From IMG/VR virus record IMGVR_UViG_3300028832_000124: a stretch of 64,000 nt of DNA, one strand, 5' to 3'. This document shows positions 25,575-37,300 of this stretch, in pieces; positions within the stretch are counted from its first letter, which is position 1, and each line of letters begins with the position of its first letter. This stretch comes from an uncultured virus (IMG/VR IMGVR_UViG_3300028832_000124) (lineage: Duplodnaviria; Heunggongvirae; Uroviricota; Caudoviricetes). The position numbers and the translations under genes were made by a program. Below the pieces are notes generated by a model that saw only the letters and a list, made by a program, of their open reading frames with translations, made no database searches and had not been told where the DNA came from.

Positions 25575-26120
25575 TTAGTTCTTAGTAACAATAATCTTCG
25601 GCATGAGCTTCACCAAGTCTTTCAGCATATCATCAACGGTATAGCTGACACCATTGAAGGTGTAGGTGTCCGTCGGCTTCAATGCGGAAGATGCGTTACT
25701 CCTGATGGTGGATAGGTCGCTGATAGTGTCCTGCTTGCCTGCAAGAGCTGCATTCAGCGTGGCTACCCAATATTCTATCGAGGCATCTGTGAAGACTTCC
25801 CAATCTTGGTCAAGGGTTTCGTCAGCTATGACAAGAGCAATCTTGCCGCCAACGGTATGCGTGACAAATTGGCCGTTGTCTATCTGAGGAACGACTGGCA
25901 AATTGCTGGTCGCTCTCAAGGCGCGATACAACACACCGTTGATGCCGATAACAGCATTCTTCCTGAAAGTGCTCGACGGTGTGAGCGAGTTGATGTCTAC
26001 AGGAAGCAAATGCTCGTCTGCATTCGAGGAAAGCTCTGTCTTCGTAGCCACGTTGGTATATATCCAAGCGGCAATGGGCTTGTATATCTTCTGAATGAAG
26101 GAACGAAGCGTGTTATTCAT
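25575..26120 (-). CDS. Putative virion/tail-associated protein
   Basis: ORF from MNNTLRSF in the tail region. Confidence 0.65.
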   Translation of the reverse strand: MNNTLRSFIQKIYKPIAAWIYTNVATKTELSSNADEHLLPVDINSLTPSSTFRKNAVIGINGVLYRALRATSNLPVVPQIDNGQFVTHTVGGKIALVIADETLDQDWEVFTDASIEYWVATLNAALAGKQDTISDLSTIRSNASSALKPTDTYTFNGVSYTVDDMLKDLVKLMPKIIVTKN

Positions 26121-26194
26121 ACTGTTCTCTGTTTTTTTTGTTGTTGATAATAAGGCTGGCAGAGCCACCTTGACCCTGCCAACCGTAGCCTTAA

Positions 26195-27019
26195 TTAGTC
26201 ACCGCTCTGTGCAGGAGTCTGAGCAGCTGTCATGGCAGCCTCCCAAGCAGTTGTGCACTCAGCCTCAGTGATGATACCGAAGTCGTTCTCCAGTGCGTAA
26301 CCAACCTGTGCGTGGTCACCCCAGCCGTAAGCACTCTCGGCATGGCTCAACTTGGTCTGAACAGCAGTAGCCAGCTTAGCCTCAGTCAGAGTACCGTCGG
26401 CAATGTCAGCAGTGATGGTGTGGGTCTGAGGATCAATACTCAGAGTGACCATCTTGCCAGTCTGTGTACCAACAGTCAGATACTCGATACAGCTTGACAT
26501 GTCAGCGTAACTGAACGAAGGAGTGTCAGAAGCAGCGTTGCTGTTGTACTTCATGTAGACACCAGCACCAGTAACACCCTGAGCGGAACCTACCTCGGTG
26601 GAGCCGTCAAAGTACTTACCTGCGTCTGCACCTGTTCCCTCGGTAATGGTCACAAGCTCGAACGTGCCGTTAAGAAGGTCCTTCTCGATGTCGATGTCCA
26701 TCGTGGTAGCACCGGCACCTGTGCCTTTGGTGAAGCGATAGGTTTTCAGCTTACCTGTGTTAGGAGAGCTAAGAGCCTCGAAGGTCACTACGTCTGCGTT
26801 GGACTTGGTAGCCAGCTCAATCAGAGCGTCCTCGACGTTTTCCGTCGCGTTAGAGAAGGCAGCGTTGGTGAACGCAATGTCATCAGCTGCGAGAGCGTTA
26901 ACCAATCCCTCTGCGTAGGTCTTGGCGGTGTTCAAACTTGACACAATGGTCACGGCAATCAGATTCAGCACAAACTGCAATCTTGCCTTAGTCACGAGCT
27001 TTGATAAATCAATTGTCAT
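26195..27019 (-). CDS. Putative virion structural protein
   Basis: 274 aa, A/T/G-rich, ITADIADGTLTEAKL motif. Confidence 0.7.
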   Translation of the reverse strand: MTIDLSKLVTKARLQFVLNLIAVTIVSSLNTAKTYAEGLVNALAADDIAFTNAAFSNATENVEDALIELATKSNADVVTFEALSSPNTGKLKTYRFTKGTGAGATTMDIDIEKDLLNGTFELVTITEGTGADAGKYFDGSTEVGSAQGVTGAGVYMKYNSNAASDTPSFSYADMSSCIEYLTVGTQTGKMVTLSIDPQTHTITADIADGTLTEAKLATAVQTKLSHAESAYGWGDHAQVGYALENDFGIITEAECTTAWEAAMTAAQTPAQSGD

Positions 27020-27078
27020 AAAGCTTAATGATTTAAAATGTTAATAAATTAAGTGAACTATAACTGAGTAAAACTCAT

Positions 27079-27414
27079 TCAATCTTTAGCTGCCTCATTG
27101 ATGGCATTCTGCCAGTCATCGGCAAGGTCTGTGTCGGAAATGTCTTCCGCATCCTGTGGGTCAACATCAAGGCCAGCATTGTTCATAGCCTCCTGCCAGT
27201 CATCTTCCAGCTCTTGCTCGGTGATGACATTCGACTCGTCAAGAACGTCGAGCTTATCCTGAATATCCTTGTCGAGGTCTTCCTTCTGGATGCTGCCGTC
27301 CTCAATCTGCTGAGAGCCTACACTATTGGGAGCTGGCTGACTGCCACCGCTACCACCGCCACACTCGTACTGTGTTCCGTCACAGTCTTCGATGATCAAT
27401 GTTCTTTTTTCCAT
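27079..27414 (-). CDS. Acidic hypothetical protein
   Basis: NSVGSQQIEDGSIQKEDL; repeated DDWQ.A motif. Confidence 0.7.
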   Translation of the reverse strand: MEKRTLIIEDCDGTQYECGGGSGGSQPAPNSVGSQQIEDGSIQKEDLDKDIQDKLDVLDESNVITEQELEDDWQEAMNNAGLDVDPQDAEDISDTDLADDWQNAINEAAKD

Positions 27415-27422
27415 ATCCGTAG

Positions 27423-27647
27423 TTATTTAATGATGATTACTGCCTGCATATTCTTTTTCTCTGCCCGTGCTCTTATGGCCGTTTTGGCCGTGAGAATGCT
27501 CGAATAGAATTTCTGTAGTCCAAGGGTGGGGCAACCTTTCTGAAAAAACTGCCAAAGCCACATGAACTTGCGTCTCTGCTCAATCAGGTATCGCTTCGGA
27601 GCAACCTTCCTGACTCTGATGATGATTTGTTTCTTTTTCTTAGCCAT
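27423..27647 (-). CDS. Small basic hypothetical protein
   Basis: 74 aa ORF in operon. Confidence 0.55.
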   Translation of the reverse strand: MAKKKKQIIIRVRKVAPKRYLIEQRRKFMWLWQFFQKGCPTLGLQKFYSSILTAKTAIRARAEKKNMQAVIIIK

Positions 27648-27659
27648 GTTATTTCGTGT

Positions 27660-30600
27660 TTAAAGTGAATATCCAGCGTTCTGCAAGATGGTATACAGCT
27701 TCTTTCTGTTGACATATAGCGTCTTGTAACCTTTGTTCGTTCCAGTTGAGTCGATGCACTGGAGATTGAAGTAGTAAACAGGGTCTATCAGAGTGTCATC
27801 GTCAGCAGGATTGGTACAGAGATTCAGCCAATATTTATCGCTATAGGCGGTCTCGTAACTGACACCTCCTGGACTCGATGACGGATAGGATGAATCCCAA
27901 TAGAATGCCTGTACGGGATTGTACGTATCTTTTGTTCTGAAATAGTAAGTGCTTCCGTCTTTCGTCTTATTGAAATCGCTATCCTGCATGATATTGTAAC
28001 CACGATAGTCAAGTTCACTGATGGTCTCACCATTGAGCATGTTCGACAGTCTGGTAATGATACCACATGTAGTACGGCTTGATGTTACGACAATACCACC
28101 CTGTGAATACACGTCCGAATCCTTAAGCTTGGCACTCGCGCTGTAGCCGTACTTGATAATCTTCTCGTTGTATTTCTGAGCGTCGGCACTGCTTGCGCAA
28201 TAGTTACCGGGACCATAAACGCCTGATGCTATCTTCGCCAAGTATTTATACAGACTGCCATTTACTAAGGCATTCGTTATCTGATTCTTGAACATGTAGA
28301 GATACAGCTTCACGACATCAGAATTGAGCAGTGATGTGCAATCGTCTGAGCCAGCATCGACATCGTAGTATTTCAGCGTCATTGATTCTGCCTGTGACTT
28401 TGTTCTGAATATCTCGTCTGGGCCAAGACCGTACTTGAAGTTTCCGTTCTTGTCATAGAAATTCAGAACCGCACAACCATCCTCATTGACACCCAAGACG
28501 ATATTCGGAAAGCTCATAGCTCCGAACATTCTGATAACACCATCCTCGATAGTAATCTTCGACGTGGGACCAATACACTGAATAGCTCCCTTGATATGAG
28601 CATCACTCTGATAGGTCTTGCCAGTACGAAGGTCAACAGCATAGTTTGGAATGAAGCGAGGGTCGGAAGGAATAACCTCAATACCTACCACATAGCCATT
28701 CTCTCCAGCCGCATTCATCGTAGCGCGAACATTCCAATACTGACTACTTGTAAGCGTCTTGGTATAGGTGAGCGTAACAAGCTCGTCGCTACTTGTGCCA
28801 CCAAGATATAAAGCATCACTGGATTCATCACCATTGAACAGGCGCAAGTGCATACTGTCACTACTGTTGACATAGCAGCTGATGTTAAACGTATAGGTGC
28901 CTGCTGGCAGCTTGAAGTTGTTCGTTAAGCGAGTCCATCCATGATATTGGTCTGTCTCTACATCTTCTTCTATGACTGGCAGCTGGAATGGGTCGTAGCC
29001 CCAAGGATATGCTGGGTCAAAGTAGGTGTATGCAGCACGATTGTTATATTCGTCGGGATTCTCCACGCTACCACCATAATAGGTGTTACCAATCATTCCG
29101 TGAACGGAAATCAGCCAGTCACCAGAAATGATAGCTGCTCCGAACTGAGCGAAGTTCTTAACGAAGATGGCATCAGTAAGAACTACACCATAGTTTTGCA
29201 GCTTCTTCCATTTGGTGCTGCTATCAGAAGGTGTGTCGCTACCTGTTGCGCTGGCAACATCAAGATACCACCATTCGCCACCGTAATAGACAACAGGGCA
29301 TAACTTATCCGTGCGAGAGTATGGAGCTTTCTTCGGGAACTCGCCAGCAATGTAGTACATGCGGCCTGTGTCACCTTTAGCTCCTGCAAACGTCATCGTG
29401 ACGTACTCGACACACATTATACCTGTTCCAACTATAATAGCAGCAAAGATAACCTGAGAGCCTTGTGAGTAACCAGATTCACCGTACGTGTCACCATTAA
29501 ACCAGTTATCTTCTGTAAAATAACCACTTGAATTTGTAGCTATTTCAACGTATGTGTTTGAGTTGTTCAGAATATAACCAATCCTTATCGTAGCACTTGC
29601 CATTGCAGTACGGGTATTGCCAACTACCTTATAAGCATACCCTCTCAGACGGGCAGTAATAACGTTAGAAGCGTCAACTTTGGCCCAAGCCTCAGTAAAC
29701 ACAATCTGATAGGTAACACCATCGTCACCGTTATCTCCATCTTGTGTATGGCTGACACAATCACCATAGATTTTGTCTGATGCGACGCTGGTGCATTTGT
29801 AGATGGCGGTATGATTCTTGCCAGAGTCACTTGATGTACCTGTAACTACGAAATAGTCACCGACACGGCAGGCAGTAAAGTCGCTATCGCCAGTTCTCTT
29901 TATGAAGTTTTCGTTGTGTCCTATTGTTGCATAGGTATTCCAGTTGGCATCAGTGTAGAGGTTGTTTCTAATCAGAGTCAGAGCAATGCTATAACCCTGA
30001 GCACCGTTAGTACCTGCATAGCCAATCATCTGCACGTCGGTTTCCGTAGTTCCAGATGGATTGATCCATGTGATAACCTCATAGTTCCATAGGTATTGAC
30101 CCTGCCCGGGAGCTGTAGGGGTAGTGCTCCAACCGTCGGTGCCAGGTGTTGCAGGCTTCGAAGGCTTGGTAGAGGAATTTGTTACCTTATAGTAATTCTG
30201 AATAGAGTCGATACCACGTCCGGCACCGCCAGTACCACCGTCCTTAGTCCAGATGGCTACGATTTGCGGAATGGTACGCTCTACGAGTGGTGCCTTATTA
30301 TAAGTCACCTTCTCAAAGTTCCAGAGATACTTGTAACTCTCTCCCCACTTGTTTGTCAGGTTGGAGAGATTTGGATCTGTGTCCCATCCGCTATCACTGT
30401 CTGGTGCAGACATCGGTGAGCTGCTGTTGGTAGCCTTATAGTATTCCGTAACACTCTCAATGCCTCTCGCTGCCTCTGGTGTAGTACCATCAAGAGCAAT
30501 ATAGGTGACATTGTAGGTTACGGTATAACCAGCATCATGAGAGTCAGCAGCACTTGAAGCCTTGCGATAATATGTGGTAGCCTTACTCCACAGCCATTTT

Positions 30601-31520
30601 CCTTTGGTCTGCGTCACTTGGCTTAAGTCTTTCCAATCGTTGCTGTTCTCTGCTGGATGGGTAGAGTTGCTATCACCAACATAGTATTTCATGACAGTAG
30701 CACCATCTACGATGATGTCCTGTCCTGTCACGCCATCATTGGGATTGCGCTCTGACGTATAGAGCACGGTCGTACTGTCATCACTCCAAGTTATGGTGGT
30801 CTCTGTAAAGAGCCAGTAACCTTTCTGCAATGTCGGCTTCGTGGTGCTCCAGTCAGCAGAGTTTGCAGCAGGGCAAACGCCCGTGTTGTTAGTGGCATAG
30901 CGATAAGTCTCACTCTTCTTGGTGATGCTTACACCATCTTCTACCAACTTCGTAGCCGGATTGCTCCACTCGTCGGCATTGATCGTGTCGGTAGTTCCAC
31001 GGCTTACTGCCATTGCCTGACGTACCCAGCAAGGATAGTGGTTGTTGTCAGTGGCAGGAATATTAGTGCTCCAGCCATTCAGCGTACCTGTCAAGGCTCC
31101 AGTGGCGAAGGTGTAAACAGCTCCGTCGGCTGGCTTGTCAGTTGGCTGAGAGGCAGCACGCTTATAGATAAAGACAGGAGCAGAACTCATACCGTCGGCA
31201 ACATACTCAACGGGTGTGCTCCAATCGGTGGCTGCTATCTCGTCGGTATCGCTCTGACTACGTGCAACGGCCATGATGACATACAGCTTCGTGTTGGCTG
31301 ATGCAGTAGGAATTGTCTGACTCCAGCCGTTGAAGTATGTCGATGCGCCAGTAACTCTACCTGTACTGAAAGTATAGGTAAGAGGTCCTGACGGGCGGTT
31401 ATTGTCCGTTAGTACGCTGGCAGAGCGACGGTACAAAGGTACGACGACTGTGTTGTAGCCGTCAGTACCATTGGTTCCGTCGATGATACCTTGACAAACT
31501 AAGCCTCCTGATGCTCTCAT
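27660..31520 (-). CDS. Large tail fibre/tail-tip protein
   Basis: 1286 aa T/S/G/Y-rich with repeated WS.T.P...G.YLW modules. Confidence 0.8.
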   Translation of the reverse strand: MRASGGLVCQGIIDGTNGTDGYNTVVVPLYRRSASVLTDNNRPSGPLTYTFSTGRVTGASTYFNGWSQTIPTASANTKLYVIMAVARSQSDTDEIAATDWSTPVEYVADGMSSAPVFIYKRAASQPTDKPADGAVYTFATGALTGTLNGWSTNIPATDNNHYPCWVRQAMAVSRGTTDTINADEWSNPATKLVEDGVSITKKSETYRYATNNTGVCPAANSADWSTTKPTLQKGYWLFTETTITWSDDSTTVLYTSERNPNDGVTGQDIIVDGATVMKYYVGDSNSTHPAENSNDWKDLSQVTQTKGKWLWSKATTYYRKASSAADSHDAGYTVTYNVTYIALDGTTPEAARGIESVTEYYKATNSSSPMSAPDSDSGWDTDPNLSNLTNKWGESYKYLWNFEKVTYNKAPLVERTIPQIVAIWTKDGGTGGAGRGIDSIQNYYKVTNSSTKPSKPATPGTDGWSTTPTAPGQGQYLWNYEVITWINPSGTTETDVQMIGYAGTNGAQGYSIALTLIRNNLYTDANWNTYATIGHNENFIKRTGDSDFTACRVGDYFVVTGTSSDSGKNHTAIYKCTSVASDKIYGDCVSHTQDGDNGDDGVTYQIVFTEAWAKVDASNVITARLRGYAYKVVGNTRTAMASATIRIGYILNNSNTYVEIATNSSGYFTEDNWFNGDTYGESGYSQGSQVIFAAIIVGTGIMCVEYVTMTFAGAKGDTGRMYYIAGEFPKKAPYSRTDKLCPVVYYGGEWWYLDVASATGSDTPSDSSTKWKKLQNYGVVLTDAIFVKNFAQFGAAIISGDWLISVHGMIGNTYYGGSVENPDEYNNRAAYTYFDPAYPWGYDPFQLPVIEEDVETDQYHGWTRLTNNFKLPAGTYTFNISCYVNSSDSMHLRLFNGDESSDALYLGGTSSDELVTLTYTKTLTSSQYWNVRATMNAAGENGYVVGIEVIPSDPRFIPNYAVDLRTGKTYQSDAHIKGAIQCIGPTSKITIEDGVIRMFGAMSFPNIVLGVNEDGCAVLNFYDKNGNFKYGLGPDEIFRTKSQAESMTLKYYDVDAGSDDCTSLLNSDVVKLYLYMFKNQITNALVNGSLYKYLAKIASGVYGPGNYCASSADAQKYNEKIIKYGYSASAKLKDSDVYSQGGIVVTSSRTTCGIITRLSNMLNGETISELDYRGYNIMQDSDFNKTKDGSTYYFRTKDTYNPVQAFYWDSSYPSSSPGGVSYETAYSDKYWLNLCTNPADDDTLIDPVYYFNLQCIDSTGTNKGYKTLYVNRKKLYTILQNAGYSL

Positions 31521-31541
31521 GTCTTTATCTATTCGTTTGCG

Positions 31542-32801
31542 TTAGAACTCTGATGACTGTGCGTGAATCTTCACAGGACGCGATACCTTGTTGCCGTTAG
31601 CGTCTGTCAGCACTACGTCCTGATAGCGGAGTGAGCAATAGGTCTGTCCTGATGTAGAAGGAATGCCTGGTATGTCGCTGATGGTGGCTCCCGTGTTGGC
31701 GTTGTCTGCGTTGAACGTCCATGTAACGTTTGCTGCACCGCTGCCAGCAGGGAAGGTGTCACCCTTATCCGTATAGAGCTTCGGGAAGATGTACTTCGTC
31801 TGACCTGTGCGGATGTTCAGACGAGGCTCAAGACCTGTCAGCTCTATGCCGTTGGTGCCTGCTGCGTTGTCGCAGATATTCCACTTCACAGCGTAGGGGT
31901 CGCTCAGGTCATAAACGGCTGATGTGCCACTGGCCAACTCATTGCCGTTTGCGTCGTACACGCGGCAGCGGAGAGTCAGCAAGCAGTCAACGGCCTCTGG
32001 ACCGATGGTAATCAAGTCACCAGCAACGAGGCTACGGCCAATGGTGATGTCCGTTGTGCCACCAGCTGCCTGACTGTCTTTTAGCTCAACCTCGGTGGGA
32101 CCTGTAATGTCAAAGAACTTGAAGGTGTAACCTGTCATGTCTGCAGCACTTACAGGAGAGCCGTTGTAGTACAGGCGTGCAAGTCTCTGAGTGGACTGAA
32201 TCTGATTGTTGGCGTTGGTCATGATGAACTTGGCAACATTCAGGGGAACGTGCATCTCCACTGAATAGCCTGCGTTAGCGTCAGCAATCGGACGGATAGC
32301 AATATCCTTACCGATTCCGCTAAACTGAATCTGACCGCCACCGCTGACTACAGAGCCATCGAATGAGATACGGTCATCGTCGGGATTCAGAACGGCATCG
32401 GCTGGGTTGCCAATCATCATCAGACATGGGATAGTGCCACCGCCATAGCTGAACGTATCTTTCTTCAATATGCCAGGAACACCGCCCTGCTGGTTAGAAA
32501 CATTATCCGTGAAGCCAACAAGGTTGTCGTTGTAGTAGATATTGGTGATATTCAGCGTAGAGGTAATATCCTGACCAGACGAGGTATCAAAGGCGCGGAT
32601 AATGATACGGGGCAGGGTAGCTTTCTCTGCTGCCGTACCATTCTGCCAGATATTCGCCCAATCGGGTGTGCATCTTGTTTCGTCGTAATATTGGGTAAGT
32701 GATGCTGGGTTGCCTGCTGCATCCACTACCATGATGTCGTATGCAACGGTTGTACCGTCGATGGTGCCTGATATGACAAGGCCCGCGTTTACTCTATTCA
32801 T
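31542..32801 (-). CDS. Tail protein
   Basis: 419 aa beta-rich ORF in the tail cluster. Confidence 0.7.
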   Translation of the reverse strand: MNRVNAGLVISGTIDGTTVAYDIMVVDAAGNPASLTQYYDETRCTPDWANIWQNGTAAEKATLPRIIIRAFDTSSGQDITSTLNITNIYYNDNLVGFTDNVSNQQGGVPGILKKDTFSYGGGTIPCLMMIGNPADAVLNPDDDRISFDGSVVSGGGQIQFSGIGKDIAIRPIADANAGYSVEMHVPLNVAKFIMTNANNQIQSTQRLARLYYNGSPVSAADMTGYTFKFFDITGPTEVELKDSQAAGGTTDITIGRSLVAGDLITIGPEAVDCLLTLRCRVYDANGNELASGTSAVYDLSDPYAVKWNICDNAAGTNGIELTGLEPRLNIRTGQTKYIFPKLYTDKGDTFPAGSGAANVTWTFNADNANTGATISDIPGIPSTSGQTYCSLRYQDVVLTDANGNKVSRPVKIHAQSSEF

Positions 32802-32986
32802 ACGGTTCCTCCTTTCTTAATCTTTGAGCGAAGCTCATTGAGCACCGCCGTATTGGGTACTAAGGTGACTCCTTCAAGAGCACCCATCAGTCTGGCCTCA
32901 CGTCCGCTTACTATAGCGCGTCCGTCGGGCATCGTCTCGTAATGTCTTCCTTCTGGTAGACGTGATCTCTCAATAAGTACGTACAT
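32798..32986 (-). CDS. Small hypothetical protein
   Basis: 62 aa; overlaps the next start. Confidence 0.55.
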   Translation of the reverse strand: MYVLIERSRLPEGRHYETMPDGRAIVSGREARLMGALEGVTLVPNTAVLNELRSKIKKGGTV

Positions 32987-33004
32987 AGCTATTTCGTTTT
33001 GAGT

Positions 33005-34324
33005 TTATTCGAATGATGGTGATATAACCTTCTGATTACCTTCAATGACCTGTTCATCGTCTTCTACGACAATATCACAGCCTGAATAGAGCGATACGTC
33101 AGCCCATACGTTGAATCCTTCGGGGAAAGAGAAACCTTTCGCGCTGGGGATGAAGCTTATGTTGGGAGCAGTACCCAAATCAACGACGGCACCAGTTCTG
33201 AGGTTCTGAGCCTTCCAATGGATGCGGAACAGACATCTGCGATTCTCTGGAACGTCTCTGCCGTTATAGCGGAGGCGCATTTCGTAGCTGGCACGGATGC
33301 TCATGTTGACATCTTGCTTGTTACCTGTCAGCTGAACTGGCTCGGCATGCAGGGTGTCGTTAAGAGTCATCGTAAACTGAGTAGTGTAGAAGGGATTGCT
33401 GTTCGACAAAGGATTCTGCCAAGCCTCGTTAGCTTCCTTACGCTTACCATAGCAGCGTACCTTGAACTTGGTTTGGATCATCCTCGCGTCGAAGTGCAGC
33501 GTCTTGGTCTTTACACCTGTCAGCTGCAGATTCTCAATCTCTTCCTCAGTGAACTGTCGCCAACCGCTTGCAGCCGTGCTGTCCTCAGTAACCCAGAGAT
33601 AGCTTGCGTTAGTGTCGGGAACTTCACCGTCAACACCTATCAGCTGTGCGCTCACCGAACGGGGCCAAGGAATATCAAGAATGGTCTGACCTGATGGGAT
33701 AGTATCAGAGAATGATAGGGGGTCAAGCAGTACTTCGTCACCGCTGTCACCCTTCATCACGGTCATTTCCGTGTTGTAGCACTCAGTAGTGAAGTCAATG
33801 CTCTTCAAGATGCGCATCGTCAAGCCAGTACGAGTATCAACGAACTTCAAGACGGCATAGATGGGCATTGCCGTGAGGTGTGTCACGTTCTTATGAACGA
33901 TAAGGCACAGGTTGGGAACGTTGCCACACCATGCAGCTTCGCTACCGTCGCTAATCAGATAGTCCTCACTGCGCCATGCTGCCTCATGAGTCAGCTCGCC
34001 AGTCTCTTCGTCGTAAACGTCAACATCGTCCAATACGGACTGTGCAGGGTTGGTGATGCGGCCTGTCTGATAATCACTTTCTATCGGCATGCGAGTGTAC
34101 CACTCAATATCCGTCAAGGTTGCGTAACCTGACATGATATTTGCAGGGTCATTGACATACACCTTACCACCAAGAATACAAGGCACCCATTTCCTGTCAT
34201 CCTCGAAAGTGTTCTCTGTTGTATAGAACATCTGACGGGTGCTACCACCAAGGATGATAAGGTCGGCTGTCAATGACAGCGCATCGAATACCTGTTGGTT
34301 GGAATTAGTTCTACTCTTAATCAT
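33005..34324 (-). CDS. Tail protein
   Basis: 439 aa ORF in the tail cluster. Confidence 0.7.
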   Translation of the reverse strand: MIKSRTNSNQQVFDALSLTADLIILGGSTRQMFYTTENTFEDDRKWVPCILGGKVYVNDPANIMSGYATLTDIEWYTRMPIESDYQTGRITNPAQSVLDDVDVYDEETGELTHEAAWRSEDYLISDGSEAAWCGNVPNLCLIVHKNVTHLTAMPIYAVLKFVDTRTGLTMRILKSIDFTTECYNTEMTVMKGDSGDEVLLDPLSFSDTIPSGQTILDIPWPRSVSAQLIGVDGEVPDTNASYLWVTEDSTAASGWRQFTEEEIENLQLTGVKTKTLHFDARMIQTKFKVRCYGKRKEANEAWQNPLSNSNPFYTTQFTMTLNDTLHAEPVQLTGNKQDVNMSIRASYEMRLRYNGRDVPENRRCLFRIHWKAQNLRTGAVVDLGTAPNISFIPSAKGFSFPEGFNVWADVSLYSGCDIVVEDDEQVIEGNQKVISPSFE

Positions 34325-34336
34325 ATCTGTCTCGTT

Positions 34337-37300
34337 TTAGAATACATAATCTGCTGGCATCGTAACGACCTGTCCGCTTGCAGAGAAAGACACGGTGCTT
34401 TCGATAAGGGCCTGTCTGTAGCTCAGCATCCAGCCACTACCCATATCACCGCGCAATACCTTGATACGGTTGGTCTTGTCACCTGCACTTATCGGCTCAC
34501 CATCAGAGCCTACCTCAGTGGCTACCCACGACAAATCCTCGCTGGTCTGCTCGAACTCTTCCGTCGTGGTATTGTAGCCAGTATAGCGTTTCCAGACTAT
34601 CGCATAGTCCACGATATTCAGAATGGTGTCGGTAATCTCTTCGTCACCGTACCATACGCGCATAGTCAGGATAGTATCTACATTGCCGTTTCTGAAAGTA
34701 CGTCCGTTGCTGGTGGTAATCTCGCCTCTATAGATGGTGTTGCCACCTACGGGAGTCCAGTCGGTACAATTCCAGTGTGGTTCCTGTGTGGTTCCGTCCA
34801 CCAAGCACTCCCAGAGAATGCCATTGTTCCACACACGGCTAATCTCCAAGTCCACCTTCCATTCCTGCATCATCTTGGCATGCAGCTGCTCGTCGGTAAG
34901 GTCGCTATACGATGCGTCGTTACGGTATTGCAGCCACAAGGCACGTGTGTAGGTCCTGAAATGGTAAGGCTCGCTAACGGTGGTTCCGTCAACTACGATG
35001 GTGGGATTGTTTACCCACTGGCCTCTGTCAGTTCTTACGATGGTGGCAGGCCACTTGATTTTGTGGGCGTGCTCGTAGAAGATCGTGTTGACATACAACG
35101 ATGGCATGTTCTTGTCACGAATCTGACTTGGCAGCACTCCTTCATCATCCAGTACAGAGGGGAGAATACCGAGAGCCAGAGCGTAGTTCTCAGCATGAAG
35201 GATGGGTTGTGTGACATTCCAGTAATGTGTCAGCCTGTGGTCGGTGCCGCTCAGCTCCCAATAGCTCTGACGTAGCGGATTGGTAGTGTTACCTCTACGT
35301 GCTACGGTCATGAAGTCCTTTGGAGCGAAGTTCTTACCGCCAGGCACCATATTGTCAGCCCACAAAGATACTACCATCACGTCGCGCTCCATGCCGTCAT
35401 TAAGCGTCATGCTGTGAACGCGCATCCATGATGTGTAGTATTCATAGCCGTCATCACCTGTCTCGTCATCAACCTTACCAAAGAGAATATCGTTCTCGGC
35501 AATGGCAGGATGACGGCCTTCTTTCTCCTTGTGCATGTAGCAGGTGTAGGTCCCGTCGCCATTATCCACAACTTCCTCGATGTCACCGCCACCACTAAAC
35601 TGGTAGTCCTGTTCCATGATTTCAAGGTAGTTGTATATCAGCTTGCGGAACATTGCCCAGCCTCTCACAACAAGGCCGTCGGTGCTGATGACACCTGTAG
35701 AGGCATCCATGTGAATGCCCGTACCTTCCATGTCGGGAGAGCCACCCGGAGAGCGCAGAATGTTTCTGAAAACTATCTCGCTGGCTCTCATGGCCTGCTC
35801 TACTGAGAGGTCACCCTTCACACAGTCACGGACAATAAGGCTGATAAGGTCAGCTGCACCGTCGGGAGTGATAGCGGCTCCAGTGTCAAGTTCGTCACCT
35901 GCTATCGGATGCTCACGATGGTAGTCACCAAACCACGCCTCAAACAAAGACGTGAAACCTTTCTCGAAGGTGATACGACCTTCTGCTATATCGTTGTTAA
36001 GCCTCGAAAGGAACTGCTCACTACCGTAGTTCTCGATAAGGCTCTGAATCTGCTTGCTGGTATAGCCACCACCGCCACCGCTGCCACCACCTGACACGCT
36101 GTTGCCAGATACGGCCTTGTCTATCATGCGCTGAATGGTGCTCACCTGCTTCTCGTCTCTCAGAGTGACTTCGTAGGTAGGCAGTTCACCATTGCCGCGC
36201 TCTCTGATAGTCAGCACGTCGATGATGATACCCTCGTCGATGTCAAGGTCTTCGTCGGCAAACAGGAAGATGTCACCTGCATGGATGGTGTCATGGATAG
36301 ATGTCTCACCACGGCCAATAGCTTCGTCGTGCTGTCTGGCCATCCATATTTCATCAATACGTGGCTGATAGGTGAAGCGTGTGGTGTCATTCTTTCCCAA
36401 GGCATCAATGGCTGCATACAGCAGCTTCTCACTGGCTGCAGAAACATATTCGTCGGGCAGCTTGATACCTGTCAGCACGTAATGGTCGCCAGTCTTGATC
36501 TGGAAATCCTTGTAAGGAAACCAAAGGTCAAGAGAATCATCTTTCACGCGCTCTACCCTGCATTCCCACTGGCCGAGGTTATTCTTGGTGGGCCTGTTGG
36601 CCATCTTGAAGCTGCGAGAGCCACACATACCATCCTTCATGTCGATGGTAGCTCCTTCCTCGTAGTATTCTGCGAGGTCAAAGCCAAGGTTGGGTAGGGT
36701 AATGGTAAAGTTGGGAACGTTACCCTCTCCATAGACACCGTTATCAGTTATCTGTTCAGCTGAAACAACTTTGTCAACATCGTTGCCAAGATATTTCATA
36801 CCTTCCAGTGTAGGATGGATATTCTCAGTATCGTTGTTGCCGTCGAAATAGATGTTGCTGGGTCTGATACCGTACTCGTCGGCTTTCAGACTTTGAATCC
36901 ATGGACGGTGCTTTTCCTTCGAGAAATAGCCAGTGAAGCCGTTGATGGTAGCCTTACCTGTGGCATCGTCGCAATCCGTACCGCCATGCTCCTTCACCCA
37001 ATTATACAAAGACTGATTGGGGAATCCGGGCAGCATCAGACGTGATACCGCCATGTTGTTAGGCAAGTTCTCAGTAGCGTAGTTCTTGTTAGCGAGTGGG
37101 AACGCGCTCTTCTCTACACCACCAACGAAATACACCAAGTCACCCTGCTTGATTGCCTCAGAGAAAGCATTCATTGCTGCCTCGTCTGGCTCGTCGCGGT
37201 CATCCTCTGGATTCACACCAGTATATTCACAATAGACCTCACAGCGGTTGGAGCTGTAAGTCTTCGTGATATAGCCCTTCACGGTAATGCCGTTGGCCTG